Below, piece by piece: positions 1-16,595 of a stretch of DNA of 64,000 nucleotides (its first letter is position 1; each line of letters begins with the position of its first letter). A model generated the notes under the pieces. The model did not search any database, was not told the DNA's origin, and saw nothing but the letters and a program-made list of their open reading frames with translations. Source of the DNA: the human T2T-CHM13v2.0 reference genome, Homo sapiens. The stretch lies in assembly GCF_009914755.1 (NCBI RefSeq), contig NC_060938.1; one strand, given 5' to 3'. A program made the translations under genes and the position numbers.

Positions 1-640
1 TGAGATTTGTTTTCTGAGTTTCTTTTAAATCTTCCATCTGATAATAGTTAAGAGATAAGAAATGAGATCCTTGGAAATTCTGGAGTATAGTGAGTAGCGC
101 ATGGTATCCTTTTCCAAGGCTAAAATTAGATACCATGTGTTGTTTGGTTAGGTTGTGTCAAAGTGTTGGTTGTCCTGGACATGCCTGCTAAATAGGCTCT
201 CAACATGGAACTCTAGGTTACTCCATTGGGGAGAGGAACAACCTATTTCATTTTTATAACTTTTAATGATTACAAAATACACATTATTTATGGAATCTAA
301 AACATGTAGAAGAGTAAATAGAAGATAGTATATATATTTCTTACAGAAAATGAGATATGTAGAAGAGTACATAGAAGACAGTAAAAGTTGCCCATCTTCC
401 AGAGACAACTTCTGTTGAAGCTTTGATGTATTTTTTTCTAGCACTTTTCCTTTATCTTTCTGGCCTTCTCTGGATAGCTGAGGTTTTATTACCCTTATAA
501 CTCTATATCCTCTACTTATAGGTAACACAATGATTTCCTATTTTGTTAAAATTAATTAAAAATATAATATGAATGGCTTCACTAATATTTTATTATAGAA
601 TAGCACAATTTATTAAAGCATCCTCCTTTTCTTAGGCAAA

Positions 641-688
641 ATTAGCATTTTATTGTGTGCTTACTAATATTAGCATTTTATTGTGTGC
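641..688. repeat. 20-bp direct repeat ATTAGCATTTTATTGTGTGC x2
   Basis: Copies at 641-660 and 669-688. Confidence 0.85.
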
Positions 689-2090
689 CAGATATTTTAC
701 ATGTTTTTATAATAATTCTGTAGAGTTTGTATCTCCATTTTGCCATTGAGAAAACTGAGGTTCAGGGAAGTTTGGTAACCTAGTTGAGACAGCATACCTC
801 ATAAAAGTAATCAGGTCTCCTAAGTTGACATTAGGTCTCAAATGAGAAATTAGGACCCAGGCTTCTCTTCTACAAGATGCTGCCTCTCAGCTTTTATTTA
901 TTTGGGGGTAGCTAAAGATAAACAGCTCTGGTCCTTAGCAAAATGTGGAAGTTTGTCTTCCACTCTATCCCTAATATTCTCCTGAGTCTTTTTCCTTGGC
1001 ACATTCTCTCATCAAACCAAATTTTTTAGTTCCTCCCTTTTTTGGTTCACAAAGAATCCAAATACTGAGGGAGGGGAAAGAGGGCAGTGGTGACACTAAA
1101 CTCATTCTCATAGGGTTATCTTCCTTTATCCTGGCACAGCCTAGGTCTCTGCATCCAGTCCCTGAGCGTTCTCTTGTTGGACTCATCTCATAAGTGTGGG
1201 AAAGGCTCAGAGAGCTCAAGTTTTTTGGAAACTGAAGATATATATTTCTGTCAATGGTGTATGTATGAGACAAAAATAGGGAGAGAGGAAGCCTAAATCA
1301 CACTTAGTATTAGCAAAAACTGTCCACACTAGGGCGACTGTAGACTCAAACAGTTACCAGAGATAAAAAAAAAATAAGTACCTAACAATCTGGTTTGATT
1401 ATATAAAGTAAAAGTAGTGTCATTTGGATAGATTTGTACAAATTTCTATGGGGCAGTGTAATTATACATATTAAATGTGTGCCAGATTTATTTGCTATAA
1501 CAGTTAACAACACTGTCTGATTTCATCTTATAAAAAAATCAGGACACTTGGTTTGTGTCTTGTAACCATAGCATATTAAAGAAGGCAAGACTCTGAGTGT
1601 AGAATAGAATACTGAATATGGTCCTGGGAATCTGGGGATACAGACATGTATTGGCCAGCAGTGTGATCTGAGGTAACTTTACTTCCTCAGAGACTCAGTG
1701 TTCTCACCTACAAAATGGCAATGTGCTTCCTATCATCAAGGGTTCTTGGCTGAGATCATGAGTCAAAGATGTGCTCCTCCATTATGACTGCTGCAGAGAA
1801 TGGAACATCACACATTGTAGGTGCTCCACAATCAGGCAGTCAGTGATATATATTTTCAGAGCACCCTGTGCGTCAGCCACTGCCCTCAGTGCAATGGATC
1901 TGGTGATGAGTGATACTGGAAGGCTCTCTGTTCTTGGGGAACATACATTCTGAAGTGGGAAGATGGATAGATAGAACTCACTGATACCAACCAAATGCCA
2001 GAGAAATTAGTACAGCTCTATGTTAAAGGTCCATATATTATAAATCATCCAGAGCACCATGAAAGAGAAGTACCTTAATGACAAAATTTA

Positions 2091-2381
<291 letters not shown>

Positions 2382-2779
2382 TCATTTCTAATTATAAAAT
2401 TAATACTATAGAAAAGTTAGAAAATGCAAAAATGTATAAAGAAGAAAATCTCATCTATGACCTCACCATCTAGAAATAACTATTGTGTACATTTTGTTTG
2501 AGAACAGATAAGGAAGCCAACCTGCACCAGATAATGTCGATTATTGTCCCCACACTGCCTTTTCTAAGGGAAGCTGTCTCTATCCTCCCCTAAGACTCAC
2601 CCCACTGGAAAAGACAGTCCCAGGAGAGTATAACTTATATGTGTCCCATTCCCTTCCAGCAACTGACTGACAAGATATTCTGTGGCCAGCTCTGTTTCTT
2701 CCTGGCTAATGGAATTCCACTGTTGTTCAGATATTAGGTGATCATATGCTTCAGGGAGGCTGAACCAGGAAGTGAATCT

Positions 2780-3120
2780 TGCTGGATTGGTCTAATCTGC
2801 TAAGCCAATCATAGCAATTGTATTTCCTTCTCCGTGGGCATACAATGACATTCAATCAGATGAGTGGTGCTAGAAAGTCTGTTGGGTATAGGAGAATTCT
2901 GGGAAAGATTTTCCTTGCTGCCACTGTCTTTTTTCCATGAGGGGAAAGACAAAAGGACCAGAGACCTGGAGTCCTGCTATACTCCTGCTGCTGAATAAAC
3001 CAGTCTTGGAATGGCCTTACCTCTGGAGTTCTTGTTATATGATAACACATGTCCTTTTTGATTGAAGCATTTTTGCTAGGTTTTCTGTTATTTAATGACA
3101 GGGCATCTGATCCAGAACAG
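2780..3120 (+). mobile_element. MaLR LTR fragment (MLT1-like)
   Basis: CTAAGCCAATCATAGCAAT...CCTTACCTCTGGAGTTCTTGTTATATGATAAC resembles the MLT1 consensus as recalled. Confidence 0.5.
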
Positions 3121-4030
3121 TTAACCAACAGGCTGGGTAAGGATCTGTCTTGTGGCTGGATGAAAACTAAGGTGTTACACTAATCAGATTGTCCCTCCCA
3201 GGAATTTAAGCTGAGAAATATACACAGAATGAGGAAGTGTACAGTAGGAATTAAAACTGACAAGAATATTAAAAGCTGTAGATCAAACAGAAAGGGATTG
3301 AATGAGGTTGGTGGTACAGCCCTTAAAACAGAGATCCACAAACACAAATGGCCTAGGCTTTCAAGTTTTTCTTACATCGCCAATCCCTGTGCTCACATAT
3401 GGCCTGGCTCTGCTCCCATTCCTGTTCTCTTTGAGCTGTGGCTCTTCGGCTTTTCCTGAGTCCTGATCAGATTATCTTTAGAGGGGGTCCCAACTTAGAT
3501 GAGATCATCTAATGAGAATTCTCAGCTTCATCAGCCTCTTCACTCTGACTTCATCAGTCAACTCAAGGAGCGATGTCATGAATGTCAGACACAGAGTTAA
3601 CCTAGCTAACAAAGACTGAGGGCTCGGGCTTCACATAAAAGGTAGGCAGGCTGGTTCTTATTCTCAGATGTGCATCAGCACTGCTGGCCTTCCTGCAGCC
3701 CCATAGAAAGCCTACTAAATTGTCTGATAATTAACTTCACAGGAAGGTGGCAAGTATCCCACAGGCATTGTTTTATTTTGTTTTGTTCATTATTAATGAC
3801 AATGTTAAAGCACACTGTGACTAATGTACTAAGGATGAAAAAAATGAAACAGATGCAAATGGCTTTCTAGTAACTTGGGTGTATGCAAAATCAGAAGATT
3901 TTTGAACAATTTCTAAAAGAGAGGAGATAATTATTTTTCATAGAATACAATCTGATACATGTGTGGTAGTACATTTTTATTATTAAATTTAAATTTCACA
4001 AATAATACATTAATGCATCTTCCTTAAAAA

Positions 4031-5288
4031 TATTAAAAGTTACAGACAAAAAAATTTATTATGCCAGCATCCCCTTTGATCGCTATCCCAGTTCTGCACT
4101 CCTCCCTACAGGGGGTCGTAGGGAACAGTTTCGTATTTAAAATTCCAGACCTTTTTTTCTACATATTCACATTATATACATATGTACACACACACATATA
4201 TACACACACACACACATATATGTCTGGAATATATATCTTCCAGATCTTTTTCCTATATATTTACACACACACAGACACATACATATATATTCACAGAAAA
4301 TATTTAATTTTTAAAAAACAAATGGTATCACACTGTATGGCTTTAATGCAATTTGATTTCGCTTTTAATTTGGAGATCTAGCTAGGAAAGTACATCTAGG
4401 TCAATTTTGTTCTTCAACAATCAGTGTAGTACTTTTATAAACTACACTGTAACAATTATTTTCCCCACATGTCTTCTTATGTGTGTGCTTCTTTAGGGTA
4501 GATATCAAGTGGAATTACTTGGTTATAGAGATGTGTATTTTCTAAACTAATGGAGCTGGTATTGTATTTTTAGTGCTTTCCTATATATTTGATGAAAAAT
4601 TATTCCCTGAAAAAAGCAAAGAACTCAAATTGTATCCACACACAAAAAGGACATTATTAACAAAATCATACCAATAATATTAGTGTATCATTGCCCACTA
4701 GTCAATCAAGCAGTCAAGTGCACAAGGCAAGACAATGGTTGACCAACTGGGGTCATGCCTCTGACCTGGAGTCTACCACTGAAAAAATAAAATAAAATAA
4801 AACAACAGCAACTTAACTTAGGTCATGCCACACAAGGATGTGAATTGAGAAGCTTTGAACAAATAATAGTGAAGTAAAGACACTACTTTTGACCTAGACG
4901 TACTTTACTGGATAGATCTCCAAACTAAAAAAGAAATCACATTGTATTAAAGCCATACAGTGTGATACCATTTATTTTTTAAAAAATTAAATATTTTCTA
5001 TGAATATATATATGTGTATGTGTGTGTGTAAATATGTAGAAAAAAGGTCTGGAAGATATATATTCCAGACATTTACATGTGTGTGTATGTGTGTGTATAT
5101 ATATATATGTGTGTGTGTGTTTGTGTGTACATATGTATATAATGTGAATGAATATGCAGAAAAAAGGTCTGGAATTCTAAATACTAAACTGTTCCCTATG
5201 ACCCCCTATAGGGAGGAGCACAGAACTGGGGTAGTGATCAAAGGGGGTGCTAGCATAATAAATTTTTTAGTGTGTTAACATTTAACAT
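4031..5288. repeat. Long inverted duplication: arms ~4031-4404 and ~4889-5288, spacer ~485 bp
   Basis: 4050-4150 is the reverse complement of 5167-5267 with 10 mismatches in 101 nt; similarity continues to CTAGGTCAA/TTGACCTAG. Confidence 0.95.
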
Positions 5289-5537
5289 ACTCTTAAGTGC
5301 ATAGGAAGGATCTGGTTAACTGAGTTTTAAGCAGTGTCTCTTTTGTTCAAGTTCCCATCTCTACTATTTGTCTAGAATTGATCAAACCAAAGTGCAAACT
5401 CAAGAACAAATACATCTACAACCAGGTCATACCTTGCGCTTCTTCTAGGAAGCCTGCCTGGTTCTTGCAAGCATGGTCATGCATGGCATCTGAGATGTCT
5501 TCAATCGGCCAGACAATATAATACACTCACAATGTCA

Positions 5538-5690
<153 letters not shown>

Positions 5691-5809
5691 CTACAGCTCT
5701 GGGTAAAGGTATTCAGGTTTAGCTGTGTACCTAATCTAGCGTCAGCTCCCTTGCAGCTTGTTCTGGCATCAGGTACTGACTGCAGAGGCAAACTGTATGA
5801 GATGGTGCA

Positions 5810-6040
5810 GCTGCAGCATGGAGAAAAGTGTAAGCTCTAAAAGTCCATTATTGACTCTGTTACTTCTTACATGACCCTGGGCAAGCTACTAACTCTATGC
5901 CTCAATTTTCCTATTTAAAAAAGTGGAGGCTAACAGTACCTACCTCACTGATGATTGCCGTGAATTAAATGAGATTATACAAACAAAGCATTTAGAACTA
6001 TTCTTGGGCAGATATCCCTCAATAAATGTTAGCTATTATC
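5810..6040 (+). mobile_element. MIR SINE
   Basis: TGACCCTGGGCAAG...CTCTATGCCTCAATTTTCCTATTT...GAATTAAATGAGAT...CTCAATAAATGTTAGCTATTAT MIR core. Confidence 0.7.
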
Positions 6041-6963
6041 ATTAAAAAAAATTGTGTGTGTGTGTGTACAGTAGGGTTAAAACCTCAGAAACAGTCCAGT
6101 ACCAAGCTGATATTAATTGGACTGAGGGATTTTGAAAATGACCGAAAGGTCTCAGGGTCAGACGTTCCAGAATGGACTAAAGTTCATCTTTTCATGACCA
6201 CAGCATATTTACTCAGTAGGGTCAAAAGTTGTCAACTCAAAACCAGTTAGTGGGTTACTGCCCTGGAGACCTGGGTCCTGACAGCAGGCAGGGAAACTGC
6301 AGTCCTGCAATCCAGCTGGATGGGGTAAAATCCTTTACTTTTCCCTGGGGTGGATAAGAAGCTGTGGGAAGCCAAATAGCATCTGTGAACTTGGGCACGG
6401 ATGGGACTGATTGCCAGCTAGCTCCCTGCCCCAAAGTGCTGGGGATCACACAGCAGAGTCCACAGCACCACTGGGCACCCATGACAGAGCTCTGCAGCCC
6501 TGGAGATCACATTGGATTGCTCATTTTACGATGAAAGAATTGTTGGTCAGGCAAATGACTTGTTCCATCCTGACTAGATGCTAATCTAGCCCAGGCATGG
6601 CTAAAGGTGGCCTACTGTGAAACAACTGGGTTCTTATCTGAAGTTAGGCAACCCATGAAACTGGGTATTTTTTTTAAATGGAAAAATAATTTGCACATTT
6701 GAAGACATATGTGGAAGATGCACCAGTGCTTGAAGTTGTGCCCCCGTTTCCATGGCACCTGTTTGGATTCCTACCTGTCACACAGGTCTTGACAACTGTA
6801 TCTTACGAGTTCAACCTTGGTTATGCTTCTGTTCAGTGTTAAAGGGCCTTTCAAATTTGCTCTCTGCAGATTAGAGCTTACTAGGTTCCTGGTGTAAGCC
6901 AACTGCTGGTGCTAACACTCAGAATTTTTAAATTCTAAAAACGTAAGTCTAAAGCATGATATA

Positions 6964-7298
<335 letters not shown>

Positions 7299-8159
7299 CT
7301 ACTCCAAGGGAGAGATGTTATTTTCAGCTGATATTAGGGGAAGGAGAGGGAAGGGACATGGAGAGGACCTGCAGGGGTTCTTTCACAGGAAATACTCCAC
7401 CTAACCCACATGTATGTGAGTTAGCTATGACCTGGTTGTAGACGTATTTGTTCTTGAGCGAAGGACACATGAGGGGACAATCCCATGGCAAAGGAAATGA
7501 AAAGTTTGAACAGTCTCTCATTTAGAATGTGTCTTTGCAAATACACATTTCTCCTTTCAACCACATCAAAAAGGTTAAGGGCTACCTGTTTTGGGTATGA
7601 AGGTGCCTGAAGCTCAGGAAAGAAAAAGTTAAATATATTCATGAAAACAACTTAGCACATTAGGGTTAAGACTTCAAGCTTCTCCTTTAAGGAGGAAGTG
7701 TATTTTACATCTCATTAAGCAACAGAGAAAGTATGACAACAGAATTTTTAAAGCTGATCATTTTCACAAATTGCCTTGATACATGAATAACAAAGTTTGA
7801 TCATTTCTTAAAAATGAGATAGAAGCCCAAAGTAAAGATTGTGATTCTGATAGCAGAAGACTCAAGTACTTTTAAAAGGCTTGTTCAGACACTAATTTCT
7901 GAAATGTAATCTGTGAGGAATGCTGTCAAAGACTTTGATTGCAAAAGAAAATTCTCATGAGTCATAACGAGTTATCTAACTTTTTCTGGTTGTTCCTCTT
8001 AAATGAGAGATTACCAGTGATGTATATTTCTAAAAGTTTGTAATAGCCACATCTATAGAGGCGATTTTTCACTCTTATTTTACTTTATTTTTTTGTGCAA
8101 TGTCCCCAAGTTTCCTGAAGTGCACATGAAATTTAAAGAGACAGGATGAGAGAAATCTA

Positions 8160-8342
<183 letters not shown>

Positions 8343-8411
8343 TCATGTGTTAGGTCACCAATAAGAAACAAACAGGCAGGACTATGTCACCACAGGTTCG
8401 AATGAGACTCC

Positions 8412-9063
<652 letters not shown>

Positions 9064-9459
9064 CTCCTATAGAGATGTATGAAGGACTAAATAAAAGTGT
9101 TACTGACAACAGGTTTTGGCAAAGCACTATTTTTGGCGAAGTAATTCAGTATTTTTTACCCCCGGGGAGAAAAAAAGCAAACTCATCTAAGTAGATTCAA
9201 TGTTTTGTGTTTTTTCCCTCTCCTGATCATGAACCTCATGAATAAAGCATAGGTTTTGGACAAACAGAAGTCAGACGGCCATAGCTCACCATTCATTAAT
9301 AAAATATTTATAGGGCACCTTGGTGGGTGCCGGTAAGCTGAGTTGGCTATGACTATCTCAAGTCATCCAAGAAACACAAAGATTAACTCCCACACACCGC
9401 ATGGGTAGAAAATATTCCTCCTTGGCTGATTACTGTAAGAAATTTTACAGTTTAATTAA

Positions 9460-9770
9460 TTAATTAATTTATTTATTTATTGATGGATTGATTGAGACAC
9501 AGTCTCCCTCTGTCGGCCAGGCTGGAGTGCAGTGGCGCAATCTCAGCTCACTGCAACCTCTGTCTCCTAGTTCAAGCAATTCTCCTTCAGCCTCCTGAGT
9601 AGCTGAGACTACAGGCGCCTGCCACCATGCCCAGCTAATTTTTGTATTTTTAGTAGAAACAAGGTTTTGCCATGTTGGCCAGCCTGGTCTTGAACTCCTA
9701 ACCTCAGGTGATCTGCCTGCCTTGGCCTCCCAAAGTGCTGGGATTACAGGCGTGAGCCAAGCGCCCGGCC
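9460..9770 (-). mobile_element. Alu (S family)
   Basis: Reverse Alu consensus with (ATTT)n tail. Confidence 0.95.
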
Positions 9771-11610
9771 TACAATTAATTTTAGAATCAAATTTTTCTA
9801 TAAAGTCTATTTACTGGCAAGTTCCTTATGAACAAGAAGACTACCTAAGGTTTATTGGTGTTTGTTCTTATTGAAATTGGAAATTTCTCTATTGACTTAG
9901 ACATTATTTGCCTTTGACATGGTAAAAGTCAGGCAAATATCATCAGAGTTGAAGGTGAGAGGTACAAAGTTCAGACCTGCTGAAAACCTTCTTTATATAC
10001 AGCACAGTTTACTAATTAAAAAAAAAAAGCACCAGTGAGTAACTTCATTGCCCCCTTTTACAATATCTTATTCTCCAATCATCTATCCTCTCTTCTCTAC
10101 TAGACACAAAACAAAATGGCAAAAATCTGTAAATGCACCAATATAGTTACCTCAAATTTTAGGGATTGCCCCATTTCCATAAGATAAGAAGTAAAAAAAG
10201 AAAAAATAATAATTTGGCCAATCAAAAAAAATTGTGAGTAGAATTCAGTATAATAAAGGCGTATTATCATATTTAACATACTAGTTACACATAAATATTT
10301 AAAACAAAATATTATTTGAAAACGTCAACTTGGAAATTTCATTCTTTCCCATTTTCCTTTTATGAACAATTGAGTTCTAAATTTCACAACAAATGGTCAA
10401 CATCCATGACCTAACGGGCCACCTAACACTGCTTTCCAGAACACATCATCTTCGTTTTCATCCAAGTTGTTTGAATGTCTATAATGCTGTTACTAGAACC
10501 CTCACCAGCTATTAGATACCTTCGAATGATTGGATAAAAGTACCTTCTCTGGGGCAGACATAGGCAATGGCTGGTGCTCTAGTACGTGATGACCGCTGTC
10601 ACAGGTAATAGTATCTTAAGCCACAAATACCCATTTGCATAGTATTACCCAGTTTAAAAAAATCCTTCCATGTGTGTATTTTCATTATCTCTATAACCAT
10701 GATGTTTTGCCTTTTTCTTTTAAGTAATCTACAAAAAGCTTGTTTATATAGTATATATTCCACACTTGCAATTGTGAGGTTATACCCCCAGGAATAATGA
10801 CTACATCTGTATTAAATTTGCCTCCTTTTTAATGATTCCACATTAGCACGAACTTAAGTCTTCTTAAAAATATTTCAAAGTCTCTCTTGAGAGATATGTG
10901 GTTGCTCAGAATAAAGTAAATGAGAAAATACTTCCTTGCATGACAGACTTTATAAGGACAGGAACGTAAGGTGATTCCCTGTTTTCTCACAAATAACTTC
11001 TTAGAGGTAATCTCTCCTTATATTTGGGAATATATAAGACTTCAAAAAATAGATCTTGGCCATACTCTTACTTACTGGTCTCTAAATATTTGTTACATAT
11101 GACTGATAGTAAAATATATGAGCATCTCCAATATACTTTATAAATTACATGCATGTACTATGATTACTAGTATTTTATGTAAAAAGTGGATATTTTCAAA
11201 AGGCTTGTAAAATAAAATAAAGAAGATATAACAAATATTTTTAAATTGTATGTTTTATTTTTATCCCCAGCATTAGTCAGAGGGCCTGGGTACTTCCGGG
11301 AAGACCTCTGGAACACCTGTCAATAAACCTGAGACTTGCAGGACAGGCAAGAGTTGAGCATAGAAATGTGGTAGGAAGGACACTGCAAGTGAATCGGGGG
11401 CCCAGAGTGGGGATTGGTTTGTTGGGAGAGCAAGGTGGGTACAGAGGGTAATGGAAGATAACAAGGGAAGAACAGGCCCACCTGGACTGAGAAGTGCTTT
11501 CGAATACTTGCTTAAGTTCTATGGCAGGCAAGAGGAGCCAATGATAATTGAGCAGGGGCAAGATGCGTTGCTTTAGGAAGCTTGAGCAGACCACAATGCA
11601 CAGAATGAGA

Positions 11611-11823
11611 CGGGATCATATACTCAAATGCCTTCAGGAGCTAGGCAGAGAAAATAAATGTGTAATTGAGGTCACATAAAACAAAGAAGAGTACTGGGCT
11701 AAGAAATGGAGTGTGCAAGTCCTGACCACAGGCGCTAAAAATTAAATTCCTGAAAAATGTCTTGGCCAACAAAGTATGTCTGCTATCCTTATTCAGCCTC
11801 AGGCTGCCGGTTTTACCACTTCT
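11611..11823 (-). mobile_element. hAT-Charlie MITE-like fragment (MER102/Charlie4z-like)
   Basis: Ends ACTCAAATGCCT...AGG and TTGGCCAAC...TGTCTG...CACTTCTG resemble the recalled consensus. Confidence 0.35.
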
Positions 11824-12033
11824 GGAAAGCAAAATAACCACGTGAAGTCAGCTGCAACAAATGGGTAGCTAGAGCCTCACCAAGGCAGGAAGAGATAATG
11901 GAGGAGAGCACGTCATTCAAGGGAACCTATAGAAATCAACAGAAATTGGCAAACAGTTGAACGGCAAAAAGTGAGACTAAAGTTTGCGTCTGGATTGTCA
12001 AGATGACAATGGCATGAAAACAAAAAACACAGA

Positions 12034-12328
<295 letters not shown>

Positions 12329-12934
12329 CGGGAAGATGGGGCAGGATTGGGAGAAATAATGGTTTGAGTTTTTAACGTACTGAGTTTGAGGAAATAGGAA
12401 GATATCTAGATATGTTCACTAAACACTCAGAAATGTACGCATAGAGTTAGAAAAGGAATTCAGACTAGGGATCCATATTTGGGATTCATCTGCACAGTTA
12501 TTGGAGAGCAAGGGAGGTGGGAGAGGAGCTTGGACACACCTACTTGCTCTACTTTATGAGGGCAGGAACCATCCTGTTTAGACAGACGACTGTGATGGAG
12601 TAGATATTTGATGAACACGTGTGGAATGAAACATGTTCATTGTTGTATCCCCAGTGTATCGCTATCAGAATTTACACACGTCGGAATTCCTGGCTTATAT
12701 CTGCACTCACGTAGAAAAGGAGAGCCCAGTGAAGAAACTGGCCGGAGAACCAGGAAAACCATAAAGCACTGCATAAGCCACTGAAGGAAAAACATACAAG
12801 ATTCTCTGGTGCTCTATGATGCTAAATGCTACAGAGGCGTGAGTGTGTGTTTCTAATATATGCTCAGTGTCCCACCCTTCCGCTTAAAATTGTTAAAAAT
12901 AATTTTTAATGAGAGGCGCAGTATGGTGTACTTA

Positions 12935-13290
<356 letters not shown>

Positions 13291-14246
13291 GTAAATATAT
13301 GTATACATAAAGTGTTTTCTAAGGTGCATTTAAATTTTTAAGGATACATTTTAGCAGTTGCTACCTTGGTGGAGGCCTAGGTCTTTGGGGTGAAGAAGAG
13401 TTACTTTCCATTTGAAAACTGTTACAGTTGCAATTTCTTACTATGAGAATTTACATTCATTTCCTTTCTTAAAAATTCCTATGGGGTTTCTTGGGCACTG
13501 GGATTATAGACCATTTTTTTTTCTTCACACCTTTACATAATTAAAAAGTTCTAATAAATGTTTATATATATTTCCCACTGCCCCTGGGATGTATCCCAAT
13601 CTTTTATTCTTTCCAATATGTCTCTACCTGGCTTCTCCAGTTTCCTCTCCCAATACAGACTCACACCCGCCCTCACTCCAGCCTGCACACAATCCCTCTC
13701 CCTGCCATGTCCTCCCCAGTCCTTCCCCACTGCCTCTCGCCCTCTTCGCAAACTGTCAGGCAGAGATATTGTCCCTCTGTAGGTCCAAAATCACCCTAAG
13801 GAGGTCTCTGCTCCCGCCCCCACGCCGTGGATGGAGGTGGTCCCTGACCAGCCTTCCTCAGCAGCTCTGGGGGCAGGCCTCGGGTGTGGAAGGGCTAAGG
13901 GTCGGGGGAGTGTGTGTCTTCGGGGAGGACGAGTCCAGGGCATTGCCTGGCCCTGGGCCGCCTTTGCGAAAGACTCACGGAATTCCAGGAGCTACACCCA
14001 CTCAGGAGAATGGGTGGGCGGCGCTCTACGCTTGGAGCGGGACCCTGCCCCTCCTCTGCACCACACTTAGCCACTCCCAGAGGCCTGAGACTTACGACCT
14101 TTTCCCAGCTCGGCGTTTGTCTCCCCTCCCAAAATACCAAGCTCCAGCAAGGCAAGATTTTTGTCCCTTTTGTTTAGGGCTGAGTGTCCAGGGCAGAGAA
14201 TAGTGTCCGGCATACAGGACAAGAGGCCCCCGTCACCTCTTGATTA

Positions 14247-15400
<1,154 letters not shown>

Positions 15401-15924
15401 CCCCAGCTTGGATCCTCAGGGCGCCTCTGTTATTTTCATTCATTTTTTTTGAGGACTCCAGGGTTCAGGTTTCTTAACTCCTGGACCAAAGTTCGCCCCG
15501 CTCGTAGCACCCTGTCTCTCATCCTTAGAGGTAGGTTACTAAGAATCAGAGTAGGTGAGGTGAAGCTCTAGGGTCATTATGCGGCAGGGGCTTTTACCTT
15601 AGGCTTCTTCGAATTACGTTTTAACTGCAGTGGAGGGTGTGGGGGGAGGAGAGGGAGAAAACAGAAGGGTATGTGTGTGGAAAATGAAGGGATTACTCAC
15701 TGGACTAGTTGCCTTCTTTACAAAAAACAACCCAGTCTGTGTTACTGTGCGGTACAGGCTGATCTTTGCACCTCCACTTTGGGTGGTATTTGAATATGCG
15801 TGTTTATGTGTGCTTAAACCTTGGTAAAGGCAAACACTTGGCATTTTAGGATGTCAGAGGTTTTTTCTTCCTCATTAAGTAGTATTAATATATTATTTTA
15901 GAAACAGTCCATTGCCAGAATTAA

Positions 15925-16595
<671 letters not shown>

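Noticed and set aside
4061-5278. ORFs 4061-4381 and 5000-5278
   Set aside because: Translations of CA/TA microsatellites within the inverted arms.
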